Shown: one piece after another, positions 13,567 to 19,109 of the stretch | How positions within the stretch are numbered: position 1 is the first letter of the stretch | Layout of the letters: every line of letters starts with the position of its first letter | IMG/VR virus record: IMGVR_UViG_3300035670_013237 | Coordinates: 120,001 to 152,000 of that record | Reading direction: 5' to 3' (one strand) | Source of the DNA: a virus | Length of the DNA stretch: 32,000 bases | Program-made: the position numbers and the translations under genes | The notes under the pieces: model-generated | Told to the model about the DNA's origin: nothing | The model's input: the letters and a program-made list of their open reading frames with translations, nothing else | Databases searched by the model: none

Positions 13567-13597
13567 GCTATAACACAAAGGGCCGGCGGTTTGCACC
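13567..13597 (-). promoter_or_regulatory. promoter cassette (13324..13539)
   Basis: The minus strand reads AAAAACTT, GGTGCAAACC in the loop of the 9-bp stem GGCCGGCGG/CCGCCGGCC (13581-13604), 15 nt, TATAGC. Confidence 0.55.
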
Positions 13598-13618
13598 GCC
13601 GGCCCCAAGTTTTTGGGA

Positions 13619-13906
13619 TCATTCGTAGGGGTTGAGGCCTACGGATTCCATGAGGAAGACCCCAGGTTCGATGGCACCGTCCTCGTCCCGCCAGATGAGA
13701 GTGGAGGGGAACTTATTGTCGAAGGCGAGGGAGAGTTCGTGGAGCCGGCTGGTGTCCTTTGCCAGGAGGGCGTGGTATTCTTCGAACCCGGCCTTGAACC
13801 TGGAGATTTGCCCGGCCGTGGCCGCCTTGCAGTCAAAGTCATCGAGCTGGGCGGTATCGGTTTGGGCGGTGAAGGTGCCATCGAAGAAGCAGATGCCGTG
13901 TGCCAT
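13619..13906 (-). CDS. hypothetical protein (95 aa)
   Basis: ATG 13906 inside listed ORF 13619..13966. The leader (13925-13953) and promoter 13957..13987 occupy the rest of the ORF. Confidence 0.65.
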   Translation of the reverse strand: MAHGICFFDGTFTAQTDTAQLDDFDCKAATAGQISRFKAGFEEYHALLAKDTSRLHELSLAFDNKFPSTLIWRDEDGAIEPGVFLMESVGLNPYE

Positions 13907-13956
13907 TGCGGTTACCCCGTTTTTCCGTGGGGAGGTATTCCCCACCGGATGAATTA

Positions 13957-13987
13957 GTTGTACCATAAGGAGCCGGGGGTTTGCACC
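13957..13987 (-). promoter_or_regulatory. promoter cassette (13619..13906)
   Basis: The minus strand reads AAAAAAAGTG, GGTGCAAACC in the loop of GCCGGGGG/CCCCCGGC, 15 nt, TGG-TACAAC, then TAATTCATCCGGTGGGGA. Confidence 0.65.
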
Positions 13988-14002
13988 CCCGGCGCACTTT
14001 TT

Positions 14003-14248
14003 TTAGCGCTCAAGTTGGAATTTGGCACCTTTGGGAAGCTCGATGCCTTTGATCTCGCGGTCAATGATGTGGCCCAACCCGATTTGGTCCAGGACAAATT
14101 TGACGGTCCGCGGACCAACGATGCCGGTGTCGGCTTCCTTGGAGGTAACCTCGTCGCCAAGGTAACCCCAAAAATCGTCGTACTCCTTGGGGGTAAGGCG
14201 GTCCGTGATGGTTTTGATGCTGAGCACATAGGCGGTTTTGGCAGGCAT
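14003..14248 (-). CDS. hypothetical protein, paralogue family B (inverted copy of 6857..7093)
   Basis: The listed ORF reaches 14254. The second ATG (14248) has better spacing to SD AAGGA and aligns with the start of the paralogue. Promoter 14293..14323, leader 14261-14289. Confidence 0.75.
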   Translation of the reverse strand: MPAKTAYVLSIKTITDRLTPKEYDDFWGYLGDEVTSKEADTGIVGPRTVKFVLDQIGLGHIIDREIKGIELPKGAKFQLER

Positions 14249-14292
14249 TTTCATTCCTTACCGGGAGGATCCATTCCCCACCGGATGAATTA

Positions 14293-14323
14293 GTTGTACC
14301 ATAGGTTGGAGATGGTTTGCACC
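14293..14323 (-). promoter_or_regulatory. promoter cassette (14003..14248)
   Basis: The minus strand reads AAAAAAGTTT, GGTGCAAACC, 15 nt, TGG-TACAAC, then TAATTCATCCGGTGGGGAATGGATCCTCCCGG. Confidence 0.65.
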
Positions 14324-14350
14324 GCCGCAACAAACTTTTTTAAAAGATTC

Positions 14351-14998
14351 TTAGCGGCTCCACTCGAACCCGGGCGCAACTGTGCCGAAGGCTTCGTGCA
14401 CCTTGTCCACCGCCTCCGCATCGATGTGCCGGAGGTCCTCAGCGGTCAGCGCCCTGCCGTCCCTGCGGTCGACCAGCATGTGCACAACCGCGGTGGAGTA
14501 CCGCTGCGCGAGCCCGTCGTGGCTCCGCTCTGACAGCACGCTCCAAGTCGACAGAGCCGCCGTCGGGAGCAAGACAGTGTCCTGCCGAGCGTCCAGGATG
14601 AGACAGATGCTGTCGACGAGCGCTCCGTCGTCTCCCACGGTCCTGTTCGCCACGAGGTCCTCGATCAGCTTCTTGGTGACCTTCTTCGACCACGGGTGCT
14701 CGCAGTGCATCGGGGTGCCCCCCGACACAGGACCCAGGCGCCACCGAGCTCGGTTGTAGCGCGTCTCAGGCCCACGCCACTCGACGGGCAGCTGCGGGAG
14801 CGCATTGGTGGCTCTATTGAAGGCAGTGAGACGGGCACTTCTCTGAAGGCCTGAGACCCCATGGGGAGCTAGTTCATCTCGGACACGCATGAGACCCAAC
14901 CATGCCCGCGCGGTCTCCTTCAGTAGTGCCCAGTACTGGGGCTCTCCGCGGAAGTCAAGCCACTTGCCGTCAGGATCGATGTGCTTCGGTCTAGTCAT
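14351..14998 (-). CDS. hypothetical protein (215 aa)
   Basis: Listed ORF with GC-rich third codon positions. The long upstream control region contains a perfect ACTAGT-bearing inverted repeat. No family recognised by eye. Confidence 0.75.
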   Translation of the reverse strand: MTRPKHIDPDGKWLDFRGEPQYWALLKETARAWLGLMRVRDELAPHGVSGLQRSARLTAFNRATNALPQLPVEWRGPETRYNRARWRLGPVSGGTPMHCEHPWSKKVTKKLIEDLVANRTVGDDGALVDSICLILDARQDTVLLPTAALSTWSVLSERSHDGLAQRYSTAVVHMLVDRRDGRALTAEDLRHIDAEAVDKVHEAFGTVAPGFEWSR

Positions 14999-15100
14999 AT
15001 ACTACCTCGGCCTGGGGAGTGCCACTCCCACTCCCGTCCCTCTGCTTCTCTCATGAAGGTAGTCCATCAAGGAGCCCAGAGAAGCTTCAACTCAGCTCAA

Positions 15101-15128
15101 ACTAGTAGTCACCGGAGAGACTACTAGT
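15101..15128. promoter_or_regulatory. perfect inverted repeat ACTAGTAGTC-N8-GACTACTAGT (operator candidate)
   Basis: 10-bp arms at 15101-15110 and 15119-15128, about 100 nt upstream of the start of 14351..14998. A TCTAGT variant lies at 14990-14995, next to the start codon. Confidence 0.55.
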
Positions 15129-15150
15129 ACACCAAGCGGAGGCTCTTAAT

Positions 15151-15184
15151 CACAAAAGAGAGGGTCCAGGCTGGACCTCTCTCG
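15151..15184 (-). terminator. promoter-proximal terminator-like hairpin in the leader of 14351..14998
   Basis: The minus strand reads GAGAGAGGTCCA-GCC-TGGACCCTCTC followed by TTTTGTGA. It is enclosed by a second 10-bp pairing CCAAGCGGAG/CTCCGCTTGG (15134-15143 / 15189-15198). Confidence 0.45.
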
Positions 15185-15201
15185 CTACTCCGCTTGGGCT
15201 T

Positions 15202-15233
15202 ATTATACAAGGATGGGCCCGGGGGTTTGCACC
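15202..15233 (-). promoter_or_regulatory. promoter cassette followed by terminator-like leader (upstream of 14351..14998)
   Basis: On the minus strand, GGTGCAAACC sits in the loop of the 11-bp stem GGGCCCGGGGG/CCCCCGGGCCC (15215-15242). 16 nt, TATAAT. Confidence 0.55.
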
Positions 15234-15252
15234 CCCGGGCCCACGGACCCCG

Positions 15253-15453
15253 TCAAGAGAGGGGGATTATGGTAACCCCCGGTTTCTCCACGAAGAGGCC
15301 CGAGTCCGGCTCCTGGCCCGTGACCGCGAACACATGGTCATGGAGGTCTTCGTCCGGGAGGAAGAGGGCGCCGAAGGGACCGTCCTCCTCGAAGAGGGTG
15401 CCAGTGATGGTTCCGAGCTCGGGATAGTTGGCGTTGGTATAAGCGTAGCGCAT
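15253..15453 (-). CDS. hypothetical protein (66 aa)
   Basis: Listed ORF. Promoter 15503..15533, leader 15471-15499, SD AAGGAAG. Confidence 0.65.
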   Translation of the reverse strand: MRYAYTNANYPELGTITGTLFEEDGPFGALFLPDEDLHDHVFAVTGQEPDSGLFVEKPGVTIIPLS

Positions 15454-15502
15454 TTGCTTTCTTCCTTTTGCCGGGAGGATCCATTCCCCACCGGATGAAC
15501 CA

Positions 15503-15533
15503 GTTGTACCATGGTTGGGCTGGCTTTTGCACC
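15503..15533 (-). promoter_or_regulatory. promoter cassette (15253..15453)
   Basis: The minus strand reads AAAAAAAGTT, GGTGCAAAAG, 15 nt, TGG-TACAAC. The leader is identical to that of 14003..14248. Confidence 0.65.
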
Positions 15534-15580
15534 GCCCCGCGAACTTTTTTTGAGCCCCACCGCGCTGAGGGCAGCGGGCG

Positions 15581-15611
15581 ATTATACAATAGGATCCCGG
15601 GGGTTTGCACC
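15581..15611 (-). promoter_or_regulatory. orphan/tandem promoter cassette (no ORF before the next cassette)
   Basis: On the minus strand, GGTGCAAACC sits in the loop of CCGGGGG/CCCCCGG. 15 nt, TATAAT. Only about 45 nt separate it from the A-run of cassette 15503..15533. Confidence 0.5.
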
Positions 15612-15628
15612 CCCGGTCCCAACATTCC

Positions 15629-15931
15629 TCAACCCCCGATGAAGGCCTTCCCGGCCGGGGTCAAGGTCCAAAGGGTGGCGTTCCCCTTCTTACCCGCAGG
15701 CTGGATGAACCCCCGGATGAAGAGGGATGAGGCCTGGCCGTGGCCCGTTGGTCCGCCGAAGTAATTGGTGGTCAACCGAGGGGCGAAGTAGGATTGGCCC
15801 CAGGTTCGATGGCACACCGGCTTATCCCAGGGGATGACCGGCTTCCGCGCCTCGGCGGAAGTGCACCCGGTCGGGCCGGCGGCGGCGATGGTACGAAGGA
15901 TGGTGAGCGCGGTATTTCCGAGATTGGGCAT
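15629..15931 (-). CDS. possible winged-helix protein (100 aa)
   Basis: Listed ORF. Promoter 15980..16010, leader 15950-15974, SD GGAGGAAG. LTILRTIAAAGPTGCTSAEA...GFIQPAGKKGNATLWTLTPAGKAFI resembles an HTH plus wing. Confidence 0.7.
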   Translation of the reverse strand: MPNLGNTALTILRTIAAAGPTGCTSAEARKPVIPWDKPVCHRTWGQSYFAPRLTTNYFGGPTGHGQASSLFIRGFIQPAGKKGNATLWTLTPAGKAFIGG

Positions 15932-15979
15932 TTGGCTTCCTCCAATTTACCGGGGGGTTCCTCCCCACCGGATGTTTTA

Positions 15980-16010
15980 TTTGTACCATAGGTTGGTTGG
16001 GCTTTGCACC
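15980..16010 (-). promoter_or_regulatory. promoter cassette (15629..15931)
   Basis: The minus strand reads AAAAAAAAGTT, GGTGCAAAGC, 15 nt, TGG-TACAAA, then ACATCCGGTGGGGAGGAACCCCCCGG. Confidence 0.65.
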
Positions 16011-16069
16011 TTTTCCAACTTTTTTTTACCAGGTTGGTTTTTTCCTTTCCATCCCCACCTGATGAATTA

Positions 16070-16100
16070 TTTGTACCATAGGCCATTTTCGTTTTTCACT
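16070..16100 (-). promoter_or_regulatory. orphan promoter cassette with truncated leader
   Basis: The minus strand reads AGTGAAAAAC, 15 nt, TGG-TACAAA, then TAATTCATCAGGTGGGGATGG. It runs straight into the A-run of cassette 15980..16010. Only a 7-codon ORF is present. Confidence 0.45.
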
Positions 16101-16129
16101 AAAATCGAAAATTAGTTTTTTTAAAAAAC

Positions 16130-16160
16130 CGTGTAAAAGGGGCCCCGGCCCCATTATAAT
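16130..16160 (+). promoter_or_regulatory. promoter cassette reading rightward into the ORF-less GGGGCCCC region
   Basis: CGTGTAAAAG, 15 nt (GGGCCCCGGCCCCAT), perfect TATAAT. Divergent from 16070..16100 across 29 nt of A/T. Confidence 0.5.
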
Positions 16161-16250
16161 ACGGGGGCCCCGGGGCCCCCCATTAAGGGCCATTAAATGG
16201 GGCCCCTTAAGCCCCTAAAACCATTGGTTTAAATGGGGGGCCCCGCCCCT
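16140..16250. repeat. array of GGGGCCCC-type palindromes alternating with A/T blocks
   Basis: GGGGCCCCGGCCCC (16139-16152), GGGGGCCCCGGGGCCCCCC (16164-16182), GGGCC (16187-16191), GGGGCCCC (16199-16206), GCCCC (16211-16215), GGGGGGCCCCGCCCC (16235-16249). These are separated by ATTATAATAC, ATTAA, ATTAAAT, TTAA, TAAAACCATTGGTTTAAAT and followed by TAAAAAAGG. No ORF is supported. Confidence 0.6.
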
Positions 16251-16500
16251 AAAAAAGGCAACCTTTGTGGTGCAAAACTGGCGGTGGGGCGCGCTAAGTG
16301 CACTCAAAAATTCTGGAGAAAATTCCGTCACCGTTCACCCCTTGCTCCCGCCCACCTCATGGACTCGTGTCCTCTCGTGTTCCCTCGTCTTCTTAAAAGT
16401 GGGTATGGGGTGGGGGGTGATTCCCGGAGGGCCCCCGGCGTCCCGAAAAATTCTGGAAACATTTTTGGGTTGGAATGGTCCTCGCGGGCGCTCGTTTCCC

Positions 16501-17280
16501 TCAGCCGTCGTAGTGGATCTTGAAGAAGTTACCGATTGCCTCCGGGAGGCGCGCGACGAACGTGCGCCGGCCCTGCGGGTCGAGGGTGTCGAGGAACTGC
16601 TGGTGCGCGGCTTCGAGGCGCGCGAGGAGGCCCGCCTCCCAGCCCTCGGGGCCGTACGCGTAGTCGAGGTAGAAGTCTCCCTCGGGCGCCTCGACGGGCG
16701 TCCCGCCCGTCCGCCGCGCCTTCGCCGAGCGCCGGAGCTGCTCCTTCCACTGTTCCTCCTCGTCGCTCTGGAGGAACGGGAGGTGCACCGCGCAGTCGTC
16801 CTCCGGGGGTGGCGTCGCGGGGTTGTCCACGTCGTCGAGCTTCCACTTGGGGCGGCCCTTGTGGAATTGTGTTTCCCACGCGTCGCGTGCGGCGTCCGAC
16901 ACCGAGAGGCGGTCGGGCATGATGCGGCCGTTGGGGGCGAGGGCGTAGCCCACGCCGTACACGATCTTGCCGATGCCTGGGCCTGCTGACGTTGTGACTT
17001 CCCATGCCCCGTTGCACGGGTGGCGCGTGTCCGCGAGGCGGATGATCCCTCGGATCGCCGTGCGCGCGAGGATTTCCTTGTAAGTTGTTCCGGGGGTGGC
17101 CGGGTCGAGGATGCGGTCCAGGTTGGGCGCGAGGGCCCCTGGGTCGTAGATGACGGCCGCCAGCCGCGACGACAGCGGGCGGGTGACGGCGACGGCGAGG
17201 CCGTCGCCCAGGGATTCGATGAGGAGGCGGCGCGCGACGGCCTCGAAGATGTGGCGGGTGGGTCGGGTGGTGTGGGGCAC
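16501..17280 (-). CDS. hypothetical protein (259 aa), paralogue family E (with 18353..19069)
   Basis: Frame of listed ORF 16501..17445. GTG at 17280 lies 7 nt after SD GGAGGA. Shares PC.GAW....AGPG...VYG..YAL.P.G...PDR.SVS..A..AW...LDD.D.P......DDC...L.RL.AAH with 18353..19069. Confidence 0.7.
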   Translation of the reverse strand: MPHTTRPTRHIFEAVARRLLIESLGDGLAVAVTRPLSSRLAAVIYDPGALAPNLDRILDPATPGTTYKEILARTAIRGIIRLADTRHPCNGAWEVTTSAGPGIGKIVYGVGYALAPNGRIMPDRLSVSDAARDAWETQFHKGRPKWKLDDVDNPATPPPEDDCAVHLPFLQSDEEEQWKEQLRRSAKARRTGGTPVEAPEGDFYLDYAYGPEGWEAGLLARLEAAHQQFLDTLDPQGRRTFVARLPEAIGNFFKIHYDG

Positions 17281-17472
17281 TCTCGTTTCCTCCGGGGGCC
17301 CCCGGGGGCCCCCCGCAAAATGGGGTGTGGATTTCCTTGCCGAATTTTCAAGTTTTTTCTCGCGCCCCCTGGGGCGCTCTTCTCTAAGTATCTTGGCGTG
17401 GGCGCGGAGCACAGAATCCCACGAATTAATCGCGGCCGCGCGCATACTGCTGCCCAGCAGAGGAGACGCGAC

Positions 17473-18327
17473 ATGGTTGCAAGGATTGACTCAATTGGGC
17501 TATACGAGGTGCGAGGCGGGGGGCCGAACCTGATCGTCGAGGGTGACGTGCTGTCGAGCAACATCGGGGCGCTGTCGTCCTCGTTCGCGGCCCTCGAGGG
17601 CCGCGCGGTGGCGTACGATTCCATTTGTCCCACTGGGGATGGCGTCCCGCTCTCGACAGGGGAGACGGCCTTCGCGTCGACGCTGACCCTGCCCGCGAGC
17701 TCGAGCGTGGGCGACGCCCTCGAGATCTATGCGTTCGTCGAGTGCCCAGAGCCGCCCCCGCAGGGCGGCCTCGTGCAGGATGGGTCCGTCGCCGCCCCGG
17801 GGACCGGGTATTTACCCGGGGACCAGGTGACGATCTTGGGCGGGGATGGCGGGGCGGTCGTGACTTTTACAGACGAGTTTACACCCCTTGAAGTTGTCAA
17901 TCCTGGGTCGAATTACACGGAGGGTGTGTACGACGTCAGTGGGGGTGCGGGCGAGGGCATGCAGGTCTATATTACAGCAAGCGGCATCAGCATACCCACA
18001 TTTGTGCCGAAGGTGTACATTGGCACCGCCGCGGAGCCCCTCTTGTGGCACATCACACCAGGAATTTCAAGCGTGGGTGCCTATCCCGACGGCGTCAACA
18101 GGTATTACATCAGGTGCACGGCTTTCCTGAAGCCAGGCGAGGGGTCCTACGAGATCTTTGGCGGTGCCTACGCGGTCTCCAGCGCGAACATCAAGTGCAA
18201 TGCTTCATTTTCGTATGCGGGTTCCCCCACCTTGCCCCTCATCCTCACGGTGACGTCCACGAGCAGCGCCGCGGACCCGACCGAGGCACTATTGAAGCTC
18301 CTCGCCTATCGGGTCACGCCTGCGTGA
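17473..18327 (+). CDS. hypothetical Gly/Ser/Thr/Val-rich, probably beta-rich protein (284 aa)
   Basis: ATG 17473 inside listed ORF 17020..18327. SD AGGAGA 6 nt upstream. The upstream part of the ORF is antisense to 16501..17280. Confidence 0.7.
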   Translation: MVARIDSIGLYEVRGGGPNLIVEGDVLSSNIGALSSSFAALEGRAVAYDSICPTGDGVPLSTGETAFASTLTLPASSSVGDALEIYAFVECPEPPPQGGLVQDGSVAAPGTGYLPGDQVTILGGDGGAVVTFTDEFTPLEVVNPGSNYTEGVYDVSGGAGEGMQVYITASGISIPTFVPKVYIGTAAEPLLWHITPGISSVGAYPDGVNRYYIRCTAFLKPGEGSYEIFGGAYAVSSANIKCNASFSYAGSPTLPLILTVTSTSSAADPTEALLKLLAYRVTPA

Positions 18328-18352
18328 TAAACGATTCCTGGTGTGGTGATCG

Positions 18353-19069
18353 ATGATCAAGTATCACGCACCAGGATATTTAGAGTTCATGAAGAATGAG
18401 ACGTTGGCCGAGCGGGTGTACAGGCGGTTGCTCCGTGAGGGATCAGGGGCTATTGATGACGGCATGGCCGTGTGCGTCACAAGCACACCGGGCGTGCGGG
18501 CTACAGCCACGGTGTATCGGGCGGAGGAGACCTTAGAGCGATGGCGCGATGTTGCTGGCTTTGATGGCTCATGCATTGTCGGTTGGGTGAACCTGTGGAA
18601 GCCCACGGGCGCACCTTGCCGGGGCGCCTGGATGATCGCGGGCATCGCAGGTCCTGGTCGACTTGTTTATGGATTGGCGTATGCCTTGTCCCCGACCGGA
18701 TTGGTTGTGCCTGATCGGACCAGCGTGTCGACCTCGGCGAGGGCTGCGTGGCGGGGGTATGCCGCGAAGGCTGCGGCTCGCGGCGCCATGTATCCTCTTG
18801 ATGACGCCGATCATCCACCAAAAGGCCAGAGCGTCCATCACGACGCGTACCACACTGAGGACCCGAACGACGATTGTTACACGTCGCACAGTGAGGACTT
18901 CCTTAACGCTGCGTATGAGGGCCATGGTGACGAGGGTGCAGTGTTGAAGCGTCTGCAGGCCGCGCACCGTGCCGTGTTGGCCCAGATTCCGGAAGGGCTT
19001 CGGCACAAGTTCGAGGAAGAGGTTCAGGACGCAGGCTACTTCTGGGCCGACCCGCAGATCGACAACTGA
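18353..19069 (+). CDS. hypothetical protein (238 aa), paralogue family E
   Basis: Listed ORF. Aligns with 16501..17280 over most of its length. Confidence 0.75.
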   Translation: MIKYHAPGYLEFMKNETLAERVYRRLLREGSGAIDDGMAVCVTSTPGVRATATVYRAEETLERWRDVAGFDGSCIVGWVNLWKPTGAPCRGAWMIAGIAGPGRLVYGLAYALSPTGLVVPDRTSVSTSARAAWRGYAAKAAARGAMYPLDDADHPPKGQSVHHDAYHTEDPNDDCYTSHSEDFLNAAYEGHGDEGAVLKRLQAAHRAVLAQIPEGLRHKFEEEVQDAGYFWADPQIDN

Positions 19070-19071
19070 TC

Positions 19072-19102
19072 TGTGTAAAACCGCCTCGTGTCATGTTACA
19101 CT
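19072..19102 (+). promoter_or_regulatory. promoter cassette, leaderless class (19110..19706)
   Basis: TGTGTAAAAC, 15 nt, TGT-TACACT, then 7 nt to the ATG. Confidence 0.55.
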
Positions 19103-19109
19103 GTGTAAC

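Noticed and set aside
5394-15128. The ACTAGT (SpeI) sites as cloning scars or evidence of an engineered sequence.
   Set aside because: The sites sit in extended, partly palindromic contexts (RRACTAGTM; ACTAGTAGTC-N8-GACTACTAGT). They overlap promoter elements and start codons, and they cluster at up to 7 copies in 93 bp. That pattern fits protein-binding sites, not assembly junctions.
6775-15617. The GC hairpins around the TGCAAA loop as ordinary sense terminators of the upstream genes.
   Set aside because: In the direction of transcription they are preceded by an A-run and not followed by a U-run. Genuine terminators in the window (10178, 22583, 28163) have the expected stem plus T-run. The hairpins are therefore reported as a separate observation.
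16140-16250. The GGGGCCCC repeat region as a CRISPR array.
   Set aside because: The repeat units are short palindromes of variable length separated by spacers of only 5-19 nt. No cas genes are present and nothing resembles a 24-40 nt direct repeat.
16267-17633. Long ORFs in other frames or strands of the hyper-GC island: 16335..17633 minus strand (432 aa), 16267..16989 plus strand (240 aa), 16529..17017 minus strand, 16536..16922 plus strand, 17150..17533 plus strand.
   Set aside because: Their Arg/Pro/Gly/Ala-rich low-complexity translations are typical of off-frame ORFs in very GC-rich DNA. They overlap 16501..17280, which has a good SD-GTG start and a clear paralogue at 18353..19069.
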